Notes under the pieces: generated by a model
The model's input: the letters and a program-made list of their open reading frames with translations, nothing else
What the model was told of the DNA's origin: nothing
Database searches by the model: none
Shown: positions 21,614-33,038 of the stretch, in pieces
How positions within the stretch are numbered: position 1 is the first letter of the stretch
Layout: the number at the start of each line of letters is the position of its first letter
Assembly: GCA_946965045.2 (NCBI GenBank)
Contig: OX337240.1
Span: forward strand, 3,100,001-3,164,000
Direction of reading: 5' to 3'
DNA length: 64,000 nt
From: Epithemia pelagica
Lineage: Eukaryota > Protista > Bacillariophyta
Position numbers and translations under genes: made by a program

Positions 21614-22945
21614 TCATCCTCCAAGGTACTCGTTTCGTTGGTGATCGAATCGTTTTTGCGTTTGTTGGTGTTGTCGTCGTTGTCGCCGCCTCCGCCGTTC
21701 AAACATGGGAGAAACGGGTGGAGAGGATGGCAAGGTGTTGGAAGAGATCCACGCCGAGATGCTGGCTCGGTAATGCGCTTGCGCTAGCAATTGGGCAAAG
21801 AGAGCCACTCCTTGAGAATGCGTGCGACACGAGTCTCGCAATTCCAGTTCCATTTCGGCCGCACTCCACAATTCGGCTTGAATGTCCGACACAACCTCGT
21901 GCATGGCTTCGTGTCGCGCCGTGATGATTCGTTTCACGTCGGGTTGCAAAAAGCATTCCAAACCAACAATCGAATCTTCTTCCGTAGTGTAGTTGCTCGA
22001 ACACCTGCTTTCCGAGTGATACGACTCCTCGTCCTCGTCGTCATCGTCTTCTTCTTCCAAGGGTGGTGGTTCCATGGTCCATGGTCGCTCTTCCTCCAAC
22101 TGGTACAAGGAGTCCAATCGTTCCTGCACTTCAGATGTCACGATTCGCGTGACACTGTGAAGGACATAATCGACCTTGCAGGTCATGTCCAAGAGATCAC
22201 AAAGGACATTTAATGGCGAAGTTTTATGACGTTCTCCTGCTGGATGCTCGTTTGGGTTTTCGGTGCTGTCCTCGGATCGTCTTCGTCGTTTCTTCTTGGT
22301 ACTAGTACTGGAGGAGGAGGCACGACTGGCAAAGGACTGCTTGAGTCGAGTCACCGCTTGTCGCGCCTTGGACCGGATTTCATTGTATTCTTCATCCGTA
22401 TACCACGTATCGATCAAGCAATCGCGACTACTCTTGTTTCGAATATCATCTTGGTAGTACAGAGTTTCGGACAAGTTGAAACGGACGGAATACCGACAGG
22501 TCTTGGAGGGGAAAGGAGGAGGGCTTGTGTATGGCAGGGCTTGAGGCAAAGAGGAGGAGGATGGCATGCGACTCATGGGACTGTGGATACCACTGCTACT
22601 ACAAGAACTACCACTGCCTGGACTGGAGGGTTTTCGGGAATTGCAATAGTAGGGTGAGGCAGTTGCTTGAGGAAAAAATGGGTCATCATGGTCGACGGGT
22701 CCCAGTAGTTCGATGGATGGCATCATGGGAAGATGTGTGGTATTCATTTGCATTTGCAGCAATGGCTTCTTTTTGCTTTTGGATAAAACGGGTGACTTTG
22801 GTACAAAAATGGCGGGTGGTCGAGTGGATGTAGTGGAGAAGGCAGTTGGTCCCTTTGGTGACTTGGTGCAGTACGTTGGACTCTTCTTGATTGGAATTGT
22901 TGTGGGAGAACGATTGTACTGGTTTCGGCTCGGTCGTAGCACCAT
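21614..22945 (-). CDS. Unknown protein, paralog 3, with a Ser/Pro-rich N-terminus
   Basis: SVRFNL, DTWYT, VGLEC and ELRDSCRTHSQGVALFAQLLAQA. Confidence 0.78.
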   Translation of the reverse strand: MVLRPSRNQYNRSPTTIPIKKSPTYCTKSPKGPTAFSTTSTRPPAIFVPKSPVLSKSKKKPLLQMQMNTTHLPMMPSIELLGPVDHDDPFFPQATASPYYCNSRKPSSPGSGSSCSSSGIHSPMSRMPSSSSLPQALPYTSPPPFPSKTCRYSVRFNLSETLYYQDDIRNKSSRDCLIDTWYTDEEYNEIRSKARQAVTRLKQSFASRASSSSTSTKKKRRRRSEDSTENPNEHPAGERHKTSPLNVLCDLLDMTCKVDYVLHSVTRIVTSEVQERLDSLYQLEEERPWTMEPPPLEEEDDDDEDEESYHSESRCSSNYTTEEDSIVGLECFLQPDVKRIITARHEAMHEVVSDIQAELWSAAEMELELRDSCRTHSQGVALFAQLLAQAHYRASISAWISSNTLPSSPPVSPMFERRRRRQRRQHQQTQKRFDHQRNEYLGG

Positions 22946-24243
22946 GTTGGGACGACGTGTTGGTTGTGGCTCGTTTTATGGGAGGACGTGGTGCCAATCA
23001 TCGATGGAGGCATGCATGATGGTTTGTGCGCATTTCATTTGTTTTTGTTTTTTGTAGTCTTATTTTTTGTAATCGTAGAGTGCAGCATTCGTGGGGGGAA
23101 CCCTTCCGAATGACGAACCGTGGGTCTTGGTGCTTTGGCCAGTCGATTTACGCTCTCAGTGATGTTTGTGAGATGCACGGGGGTCAAGTTCGGCCAGTGG
23201 ACTGGGGGACTGTTGGTCTGGAACTCTTTTCAGGCCTATCTCCCAAAAACCAATATGTCTCTCAGATCGCCCCCATCTACCCACACTCTGGATTCTTCAT
23301 CCCCCTAAAAAGGTTCTTGGCCTTCACATGTCAGTCCTCTTCTACATAGTATCTTTGTACGACAGCGGCCGAAGTTGGCCCCCAGAAATGAAGTGGAATG
23401 CCCCTAAATGTGCGACTCTGATTCCACGCAGGACCGCCCGGTTTTTCTGTATGCAGAAAAAATGAGACGCCACACCAACCTTGTTTATGCATCTTTTGAG
23501 ACGCTGTTCCTGTTCAGCTGAATATGGACTTGTGCCGTCTTCTGGAGATAAAGAATCTGGACAGCATTGCTCTGAACCAAGATTGAACCAATAATCAAGA
23601 GGACAACTCATCGCGGATAAAAGAGATAGAGATAGGTCGGGATATTATGTACTTGTCCGGCGACAACGAAGTGTGAGTTGTGAGTTCATAGGAGTATCTC
23701 AGAAGATGTGAACCGGAATGGTGCTTCCGAGACTACTACTTAAACTACAGACAACATAGTACGAGTAGAGGATGGGTCCTGGATGCCATCTCTGGGACCT
23801 CGGTTCATTCACTGCAATCTTCCACACTGGTTACGAACCACTTTGGCCCCACCATCCGCGATGTCAGAGGACGACCCAAAGTTTTTATGGTGATCTCTAA
23901 GCACATAGTATATGTATGAGGAGTTTATCAATCGCCCCTTTTTTATTGCCAATATTCTCTCCGTGTTGAGTCCATCCTACTCCGAGCTATGCGTTCTACC
24001 TTCTACCTATCACCTACTCCTACCGTAAGTGCTTGGAGCAATGGGTCTTGCGGAACTTTTGGTTTCAGAAGTACGAGTACCGGTTCGCATCCATGGGGAT
24101 ATGCCACATCTTCCGAACCCATACCACTCGTGCCCACTGCCCACACATGGCCTTTGTCTTGTTGAATCCCTGCAATCTTCCACACTGGTGAGAAATCTAA
24201 GGTTCACGGACAGCGTTCACCAAGAGTCTCACCGACTCTTCTA

Positions 24244-24400
24244 CTACCTCTACTCTAGGTAGAGAAGAGGGGCTGGCCTTGCATGGCTCTTCTACTTCCT
24301 CTACTCTAGGCTCTAGGTAGAGAAGAGGGGCTGGCCTTGCATTGCTCTTCTACTACTCCTACCTCTACTCTAGGTAGAGACGAGGGGCTGGCCTTGCATT
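24244..24400. repeat. Three-copy ~60-bp tandem repeat
   Basis: CTCTAGGTAGAGA(A/C)GAGGGGCTGGCCTTGCAT occurs three times with variable CTAC-rich linkers. Confidence 0.85.
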
Positions 24401-26467
24401 CTGATCCGGCGCATTCTATTAGGCAACACATCATGCCAATGCACGACAGTCCGTCCGCACTTCATCTTGGACATCGGATCGCCACTGAAAAAAGGAACTA
24501 TCATCTTGGTTCTTGACGTCATATGAGAGCCATCGTGATTGTGTTAAGCACTCCCCCTTACTCAATCACGAAGCAACCATGCTCCTAGCTACGAAACCAA
24601 TCATTGCTCTCGACGCATTCAATCTTGTACTGATTCCTCCCAGTAGATGGATGGCACAGGTCATGTCCTAGTTGCATTCGGAGGCTTTTGTGGGATGATT
24701 TTTGGAAGCGTATTCACCAGACCATTGTGTATAACAGGCAGTATCGCTTGCTAATGGTCATCACAGGACCATGCAATACCCATTGGGACTATGGTGGCCG
24801 GTTGTCCTATTCCCCTTTGACTATCTGAGCCATGGATTGAGACGGTATGTCTTCTCGCCAGGAAGAGTTGCTCGCTTAATTAGTATCCATCGCTATTGTT
24901 GACATGTCTCAGCCTTTTCGGGTGTTTCCGAGTTGTTTTCCGAACATCCCGTGTCTCTCAACATATCCGACAACACAATTCTATCGGCCTGTTGTTTTGC
25001 GCCCACAACGTATCAGCCTCACTCATGTATTCTAGAGACATGTGTGTGCCCGGAATTATTTTTGCCCCGCATTCTCTGTCTCTGCATCAATCAACACGAG
25101 ACAATGAGTTGAAGGTCCAAAATGCTTGCCGTGCCTCCGTGGATGATGGTTTTCGTTGTGGTATAACGGTCCAATGCGGCTTCCTTCATCCACATAACTG
25201 CTCCGAACCGTGAATTTCGTCCATCGTTGTTTCATGAAGTGCCAGTAGCAATTGATACAAAATAGTTGGTAGAAAGTGTCTCGGGAATTGTGGTTGTGGA
25301 CAAAAGGAAAAAACGCCCCTTGCAAGATGTACTTGGCCCCTTTTTCCTTTCAAAATGTTCGTGCCAAACAACTTGTGTACTCCGCTGATGGACGTAACGC
25401 AACATGGGCTCATCAAGTTCACGTCTCGTTGGACGATCCGGAAACAGTTCCCCAGTGTTTGTCAGGCTCTTGGGACGAAAACGCCGTACTCCCCATTTGG
25501 ACGTCTCTGCGGACGACAAGGCAACACGTGCCCTTTTTGTAGGCACAAGTAACAACTAGGTAGCACAGGACGACCGACCACCACACCCTCCTCACCCTGG
25601 CGTACTGCCAAAGCGTTGGTAACCTGTACAAAATAGGATACTGGGCCTGCCGATCCGTGTTCGTTGAACATGAAAGCCGTACTCCCCAGTTTTGACGTCT
25701 CGAGGAATGTAAAAAGACACCATTTCCTCAGGTTGAGTGTCTCTCTTTGGACGATTCGGCAGCTATCCCCATTATTTTACGTCTCTTTGGGGGCGATCCA
25801 GAGCCCATCCAATAGAGCGTAGTAGCTCGGCAGCAACATAGTGTCTGGACCTCTGGACTGGAAATCGTTAGAGTTTGGGTTGCTGCCTACACTACAGAAC
25901 TGAACCGACCAAACCACAACCTCATTCCCAGTGCATTGCGCCACCAGGCCGTGAGAGTTGCAGTGTGCTTGGGACAACATTCCCACTTGCGAAAACACAC
26001 CAACGAACCAGAATAAAAGTGTCAACGCCGTAAGGCAGCCCAACGCTTTTGGAGGGAATAGTATCAAGGGCCTTGACTTCTTTTCCGGCTGTGGAGGAGA
26101 GGGCTTTCGTAGTTCGTAGACGCCATGGTTCCGGTGCTTGTCTTGTTGTGGAGTTCTCTCGAGAAACTGTCCGATTCACCGGGTGTATAACTTCTGTCAT
26201 CCACCCTACATTTTCCTTTTTTCTTTTTATTTTTTGCTAGAAAATAGAATTCAATTTTTTCCTACAAAAACAACCTATAACCGCCATACCAACAGCCATA
26301 GTGTCCAAACGGTGTACTTGCCAGCAATCCAAAAGAGCCTATTGCATGGAATAACAAAGAATTCTCTGCCTCCACTGAATGACCAGATCTTCCAGCAGAA
26401 GTTTTCCCCACCACAGCAGACAACTCTCTCATTTCACCCACCCACACTAACACCAACAAAGAACCTG

Positions 26468-26830
26468 CTCCATTGTCAGTGCCACTCAAACTGTCCCAAC
26501 TTCATCAATATCTGTCCAAATCAGGTCCAAAGTGGCTCATTCTCTTCCTCTTGAGCCGTAAAAGAGAGTGGTGTGGAGCAATCAAGTGCTCAAAGTTTGG
26601 TTCAGAAGCAAAAGAGGAAACTATTTGACCCTCCCTGTTTTGACTCCTCCATTGTCAGTGCCACTCAAACTGTCCCAACTTCATCAATATCTGTCCAAAT
26701 CAGGTCCAAAGTGGCTCATTCTCTTCCTCTTGAGCTGTAGAAGAGAGTGGTGTGGAGCGATCAAGTGCTCAAAGTTCGGTTCAGAAGCAAAAGAGGAAAC
26801 TATTCAACCCTCCCTGATTTGAGACCATTG
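26468..26830. repeat. 179-bp tandem duplication
   Basis: CTCCATTGTCAGTGCCACTCAAACTG... starts at 26468 and again at 26647, with a few substitutions. Confidence 0.92.
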
Positions 26831-26936
26831 TCAAGGAAAGATTGCAAGCTTGGTTTGTCCATTTGTCAGCGCCAAAGCAGGTTCTATTCTAGCTTTGGTG
26901 TAGAGGACAAGGGCACTCCTTGTTGTGATCTAGTCC

Positions 26937-28472
26937 TTGATCATGGCTTATCATAACTGTATTTTCTGTTCACCCCCCTCCATGGAAAGGAAACAACAAG
27001 GAAAGAAAGGGAAGCGCGCAATTTCCTTATACAACATTGAAAGCAACGCCGACTTCATTCAATGTGAGAGGTGTGGTTCTTATTCTTGCAAAAGATGTTG
27101 TCAAGAGATTGTTGATCTTTGTGAGAAGATGAAGGTCACAGATGATGAATGGCTGTCAAATGTTCAGCGAATCCTGGGGGAAGAGACAGGTCGCTGCACT
27201 AATGAAAGTTTCATTGGATCCTGCTGTGAGCTTCAAAAAAATCAGAACAATCAAACCAATACACACTATACAGAACAAATTCCCCAATTGGTAAACAAAT
27301 CTGACAACAACCACCCTTTCCTTGATGGTTGTCTGTATTTCCCAGAATTCAATCTATTTGTTGACTCGCTGAAATGCCATACAGACACAGTCGACATACA
27401 TGGTCTTGCTGAGGAAGAGGGGCATTATGATGGAGTATGGCACTGTGTTCCATGTCTGGAAACTGTGTTGATGGCCAAAGACAAACTACTTCATCCCAAA
27501 CCAATTTCAATTGAAGAAGGGGACTGCAAATATTTCCATTTTGTCTTGGGACTCAACAACATCCAATGCCTTGGTATTGAGGAAGGAGGGTTCAGTGTTG
27601 ATGTGTATATTTTCAATCAACAGACAACATTTGATTCGACTATCTGGAAAGGATCAAACAATCTTACACCAGAAATGATCGTCGGAGGTCGGATGTTCAA
27701 ACCCAAGCCCTTTGCAGAAGCGTCCATAATTTTGGGGCGAATGAGCAGTAGCTCCACAACAATGCCTTTGCTTCTCTTTCGGTTCCATCGACCATACTCT
27801 GAATCATTAAAGATGTCAAGCGCCGAGCAAATCAAACTATACAACACCATCATTACCAAAATCAGCCACTCTGGGTATGAATGTATGCGGCGAGGAGGGT
27901 CATCAGGACATACTGAGTTAAACCAGGATTTCTTCAAATTCATCCATACCTCAGGATCTTTCCCAAGGAAAGCTGGGGCAGTCAAGTTTTTCAGAGAAAA
28001 GCTCAAATGGGTCTGCATATATCGGTTGACAACAACCAACAAAATGGTCAGTTTCACCTACAGCACACCCAGAAGAGGTGGTCAGTTCCAAGTGTCAACT
28101 GAAGATGGTGTTCGATTCAAAGTGTTCAAGGCAATGGTAGAAAGGAAAGTGTTTGCAGCCTTTGTCCTTCAAGAACTTTCTCAAGAGCTAGACATTTCCA
28201 TTGCACCTTCTTCTGTAGAAACAGAAATCAAGGAAATGAGACAAGCATGGAAAGAATGTCGATCTGATAAAGGCCAAGCTGTCAGCCTCCTCACCCACCA
28301 GAGTTGGTGGACTCTTGTCCAGCATCCTGTTGGATTCCATAGAGACGTATTCAAGAAAAAATCAAAGCATCTTGAGACAAAGTGTGTATTCACTAATGGA
28401 AACATGGCCCCAAAAATGGGTAGAGGTGGACAGGGAGTGCAGTGTTTTGCCTTTGCTGTATTGGATAACTAA
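26937..28472 (+). CDS. Unknown 511-aa protein with a Cys-rich N-terminus; second ORF of the MULE
   Basis: Long intact ORF ending 3 nt from the transposase stop (tail to tail). CERCGSYSCKRCC; C-terminal HPVGFHRD...LETK...GRGG. Confidence 0.7.
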   Translation: MIMAYHNCIFCSPPSMERKQQGKKGKRAISLYNIESNADFIQCERCGSYSCKRCCQEIVDLCEKMKVTDDEWLSNVQRILGEETGRCTNESFIGSCCELQKNQNNQTNTHYTEQIPQLVNKSDNNHPFLDGCLYFPEFNLFVDSLKCHTDTVDIHGLAEEEGHYDGVWHCVPCLETVLMAKDKLLHPKPISIEEGDCKYFHFVLGLNNIQCLGIEEGGFSVDVYIFNQQTTFDSTIWKGSNNLTPEMIVGGRMFKPKPFAEASIILGRMSSSSTTMPLLLFRFHRPYSESLKMSSAEQIKLYNTIITKISHSGYECMRRGGSSGHTELNQDFFKFIHTSGSFPRKAGAVKFFREKLKWVCIYRLTTTNKMVSFTYSTPRRGGQFQVSTEDGVRFKVFKAMVERKVFAAFVLQELSQELDISIAPSSVETEIKEMRQAWKECRSDKGQAVSLLTHQSWWTLVQHPVGFHRDVFKKKSKHLETKCVFTNGNMAPKMGRGGQGVQCFAFAVLDN

Positions 28473-28475
28473 ATA

Positions 28476-30005
28476 TCATCTTTTAAAGTGGTAAGTGTTT
28501 TGATAAGACTCTCGAGCCATATCAAAAGGAACATTACTTGAAACCAATGTGGTATCACTTCCTTCTGACGCAACATTTCTTTTTTTGGACTTCAGTTGTA
28601 TCTCCCATTCAGTCCTGTTGGCTGAAAGTGATTCTAGGAGTCTATGCCTAGATGATGGACAATTGAACAGTGGGAGCATGTCTTTGAAGAATGTAAAGAG
28701 TTGTGCCTGAGTTACGGAAGTGCCTGTCGGGATGCTGAATGCTGGCTGTGGATCTTCATCAATCAGCATGTCGGTAGGATCCATGTTGTCCCTGGGCATG
28801 GCCCCACACTCCAATGAGAAGAGAGTATCTTCATGAGCTGTGGACTCTTGTGTAAATGCAACATTAGATTCTGCAAGAGAAGGATATTCTTTGACCTTGT
28901 AGTTTGTACACAAAACGTGCGGGCTGTTCAAGAATTGAAGAAATTGGGGAATTCGAACACCCTTTCCACTCACTACATAGGGGAATTGTCTTGAGGTGGG
29001 GACATCTGCTTTTTTGCACCGGATACCAAAGTTTTTCTCCTCCGAACCTGCAGTAAGAGTCAACTGTTTCTCAAGTCCAGCTTGAGGGTGATAGGCAAAG
29101 TATCCAAAATCAGTGTGCCATCGAACATCAATGTTGTCAAGATCGTAACAAGGTTCAATGGAGAACAAGTGTCGACAAGGAATGCCATATCTATGCTTAT
29201 ATCCACACTGGCAAACAAACACACCATTGCTGTCTTTTTGCACCTTCCATACATTCCAAAATCTCGGAATATCAAGGACAAAATGTGGTGACAGATCAAT
29301 ATTGTCTCGAAAAACATGCCATGTATTTTGAGAAGTACACATAACTGTGTAGTTATTGCGCTCCACAAACTGATTGAGAACAAGATGTTGCCCATATTGG
29401 GAAAGTTTTTCCAAAACATGTATATCGTGGACTGTTGGGTCCACAAAAAGAGGTGTAGACAACAGATTTTTGGCCTCTGTACTTCGACGGACGCGGGTTT
29501 GAAGTTGTGTGTATGTCAACATTGCGTTGGCTGCTTTGTCCATGGACATGTTGGGCTTAGCAGAAATGTCAGATTTCTTGCAAGATTTGTTCATGGCTTC
29601 TGCTGAATTATTCATGTATTCGTCAAGACATCTGATGTATGTCTTCTTCCAGAACACATACGTGTTTTCATGTGGGAAGAGTTTTGAATTTAACCAGGTC
29701 AATATGAAATCAATTGCTGATGAACCTAGGGCAGATCTGACCTGCTGATTGACTTGCAATTCATGGAGAAGCAGTGACTTCGAAAAGAGATATTGACTCT
29801 CACGAGAGCAGGAAGTTCCATTAGCCCAGGAGAAAACCCATCTCTTCACCTTTTTTAGGTATAGCTTTTTGACAGGCGAGTCAAATAGATTGACTGGAAC
29901 AGTCCTCTGAATCGATTTTTCAACTTAATGGAACATACACCGGGCTCTCTTGGCATTTTTGAAATACAGCAGACAAGCTTCTTCTGCAGCATCGTATTCC
30001 TGAGT
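28476..30005 (-). pseudogene. MULE transposase, C-terminal half
   Basis: QEYDAA...RARCMFH (CxxH) then TAA at 29925-29927, NNSAEAMN (catalytic E) and SWIM finger CQCGYKHRYGIPCRH. Confidence 0.88.
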
Positions 30006-30727
30006 CATCTAAGGAGGGAAATGGGCCCTGGCGCTTGATTTCCACCCCCAAAAGCGAATTTCTAGAAAAAATTCGCCGAATTAAAATTTTTTATGCGCAG
30101 TTTATTTTTATATGCGCAGTTTTTAACTATAATCCTGCTTTCCCAACTAAATCTGCAAATCTAGGTCTAACAATGCACATTTCTCTAGCTAGTTCTAGAG
30201 ATCGAGCTGACTATCACGCGCATGCAACAATTTTAATGCGCACAAGCCCACGATCAAACCACGAATAACGCGCGCCACACTCCGATAATGCGCACTACAA
30301 CTATCTGGCGCGCTCGACCCCCCCGAGACGCGCATGACGCAACCCTCATGCGCAAGCGTCTGTCCCCTCACCTTTGAATCACGAATTTCCACTCCCACCA
30401 CATCACACAGCAGCTGCCAGAAAGACTGACGCACATGGATGTCCCAAAGAATGTCTCAGATGGATCCTCCTTCCCAATCACCCTAACCGCGGGGATTACC
30501 AACTCGACACTCTGATCCATCGAACAAAACCGAACAACTTAGCATACTAGTCATTCAACAATCAACGACCACCAGAATCGATGCTCATTCATCTCCCTCC
30601 ACCTCCACCCAACACACCACAACAAACAACAACTGCAGCAGCAGCAACAACAGCAATCGATCACCCAACGCTATCGAGATTCCCCTGTTCAATCCCATTA
30701 TCTATCCAGCTTCTTTCATCAACCTAA

Positions 30728-31853
30728 CAGCTCTGCCATTCCAATCACGCTACAATTAAAGCGGCTTGGGGCATCTGTCTGATTGTTTCTTGGTTCCTTT
30801 TCAGCCACCTTTTTGTTGCTTGCTTTCTCTCTGCCGAGATTCCCTTTTCAATCCTTTCACCTATCCAACTTCTTTCACCAACCTAACAGCTCTGCCATTC
30901 CAATCACGCTACAATTAAAGCGGCTTGGGGCATCTGTCTGATTGTTGCTTGATTCCTTTTCAGCCACCTTTTTGTTGCTTGCTTCCTCTTCAGCCACCTT
31001 CACTCCAAAACCGCTGCACCAGAAGAAGAGGAAGAGGAACTCAAGCACGGCCAGAGCATTCGAGACATTCGAGACATTGACACTTGCACTATCTTGCAGC
31101 TCTGCCATTCCAATCACGCTACAACTAAAGCGGCTTGGGGCATCTGTCTGATTGTTGCTTGCTTCCTTTCAACCACGACCTTCACTCCAAAACCGCTACA
31201 ACAGGAAAACAAGAAGAAGAGGAACCCAAGAAGAAGAACGACCACCAGAGCATTCGAAATATTGTCGACATTTGTCCTATCTTTGACACTTGCACTATCT
31301 TGCAGCTCTGCCATTCCAATCACCACGCTACAATTAAAGCGGCTTGGGGCATCTGTCTGATTGTTGCTTGTTTCACTCAGCTCTGTCCTTCATTCCAATC
31401 ACGCTATTACAATTAAAGCGGTTTCGGGCTATCTGTTAGATTGTTTATCAAGAACCCTCCTGTCCTCGTGATACTCCGACTTGAATAGAACAGACCCAAA
31501 GCAAGCAGTGTGACACGGTGGTAGCCAGTTGCTTCTGTTCTATTCTTGTCGCGAGATTGCTTGGACAACCAACCAACCCCTGGTTTTGGAGTAGCAAATT
31601 CTGGCACCGATTGTTGGATCACAACGAACAAGACGCTACACATAAAGCGCGTCGTAGTGTATTCCTTCGATTTGGTTGTTGTTTTGTTACCACCAGAGTT
31701 CAGGACCAAACCAAAGACGCTACACAATTCAGCGCACACTTTTTACTGTTTAGACAAGTACACAAGGTTGTCTCAAAGACGCTACAATTAAAGCGCTTCC
31801 TCGACTACCCTTGTTGTTGTTGTTGTTGAAACAAAGACGCTACACAAAAAGCG
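30728..31853. repeat. Array of ~60-bp repeats whose core is the dyad CGCT-N8-AGCG (nine copies)
   Basis: Cores start at 30748, 30907, 31117, 31326, 31402 (N11), 31634, 31718 (N9), 31780 and 31838. The first five sit in CAGCTCTGCCATTCCAATCACGCTACAATTAAAGCGGCTTGGGGCATCTGTCTGATTGTT-type units. Confidence 0.88.
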
Positions 31854-31871
31854 CATCGTGACAAGTACAAA

Positions 31872-33038
31872 ATGGCGGGCAACCGCATCAAGGGCCCTCG
31901 CTACAAAAAGCCACCGACCGCCAAGAATCCTGGTGACCCTTCTTCAATGAATGATGAAGTGCGAAACAAAAGAAAGGACGTGTCGACTATGACTGTTTCT
32001 GGTACCAATCATACACTTCGAACACACACAAGCGAGGAATCTCACTACACCGGTATTATGCCCATTACATACGAAAGTGTCCTCAATTGGTATGAAAGTG
32101 TTTTCCAAGACAAATCAGGAAAATGGACAACAGTGGAGGTACCACATGACGGCCATTATGTGAAGATATTCCTACCAATCTGTTATTCGCCTGCATTCCA
32201 AGATATCATCTGTCACTCCGTTTTCTGTTTCACAAGAATTAAGAACGAGATGGATGATGATGACAAGTTGACTCCAATGGTTGCTCGACTGTTGTTCAAA
32301 AAGACTCTCTACAGTCCTGTTTCCAATATTTGGAATCAGGCATTTGGGACGACAGTGATAGACAGTGCTGAGAATCTGAGACAAACCATTATCAGATTTC
32401 TTTCCTCTCATGGCTTAGTCTCTAAGAAGACACGCAAGGGGATCGGTGGGATTGGAGAAGCATTGAAACGATACCTTCTAGATGATTCCTCCCTTTACAG
32501 AAAACCGCGTCTCGTACCTGTTGGTAAAATCGCATGGGTTATCGAACATATGGTGGCCATACACCGTTTCATCTCAGAATCGACATCGGACGAGAACATG
32601 GACGTGATTTCCAATATCCAAATGGAGAAAGCACTGTTGTATACGATGCCTGACACATGGTTCAAGATGTACCTTGAAGAAAGAGATTCTTTGGTACAAT
32701 ATGGAAGAAACGGAGACGATGGCGGTATGTTCTACGATCTACTGGTTTATATAGAAAAACAAGAGTTACTGTCTGCCAGGAAATCGAAAGAAATTGCCGT
32801 GCAACGTCGGAGTACAGACTCGCCGGCAAAAAAGAGACAGAAGGTCGTGGCTGGTAATGATCCTACTAACGAGAGAAAGGAACAAGTACTACCAACTTCC
32901 ATTACAACGTCGAACCAAGTCGCCCTCAAATCAGACCGTGTGGAAGAGGTCAGGAAGATTATAAGCGACGACAATGAAAAAACCGCAGACAACGAGGTAA
33001 GATGTTCGAGCGACTTGTCAAGAATCGAGAAGGATTAG
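31872..33038 (+). CDS. Unknown 388-aa cargo protein
   Basis: Intact ATG-started ORF inside the TIRs, with basic NLS-like PAKKRQK. No domain recognised. Confidence 0.65.
   Translation: MAGNRIKGPRYKKPPTAKNPGDPSSMNDEVRNKRKDVSTMTVSGTNHTLRTHTSEESHYTGIMPITYESVLNWYESVFQDKSGKWTTVEVPHDGHYVKIFLPICYSPAFQDIICHSVFCFTRIKNEMDDDDKLTPMVARLLFKKTLYSPVSNIWNQAFGTTVIDSAENLRQTIIRFLSSHGLVSKKTRKGIGGIGEALKRYLLDDSSLYRKPRLVPVGKIAWVIEHMVAIHRFISESTSDENMDVISNIQMEKALLYTMPDTWFKMYLEERDSLVQYGRNGDDGGMFYDLLVYIEKQELLSARKSKEIAVQRRSTDSPAKKRQKVVAGNDPTNERKEQVLPTSITTSNQVALKSDRVEEVRKIISDDNEKTADNEVRCSSDLSRIEKD

Noticed and set aside
23570-23760. Solo LTR
   Set aside because: It ends in GACAACA, but I found no matching TG start, TSD or PBS.
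24420-26050. Decayed coding sequence
   Set aside because: All frames have frequent stops and no motif set I could recognise.
30728-31450. Repeat-spacer pattern as a CRISPR array
   Set aside because: Units are ~60 bp, spacers are irregular and related to each other, there are no cas genes, and the context is a eukaryotic transposon.
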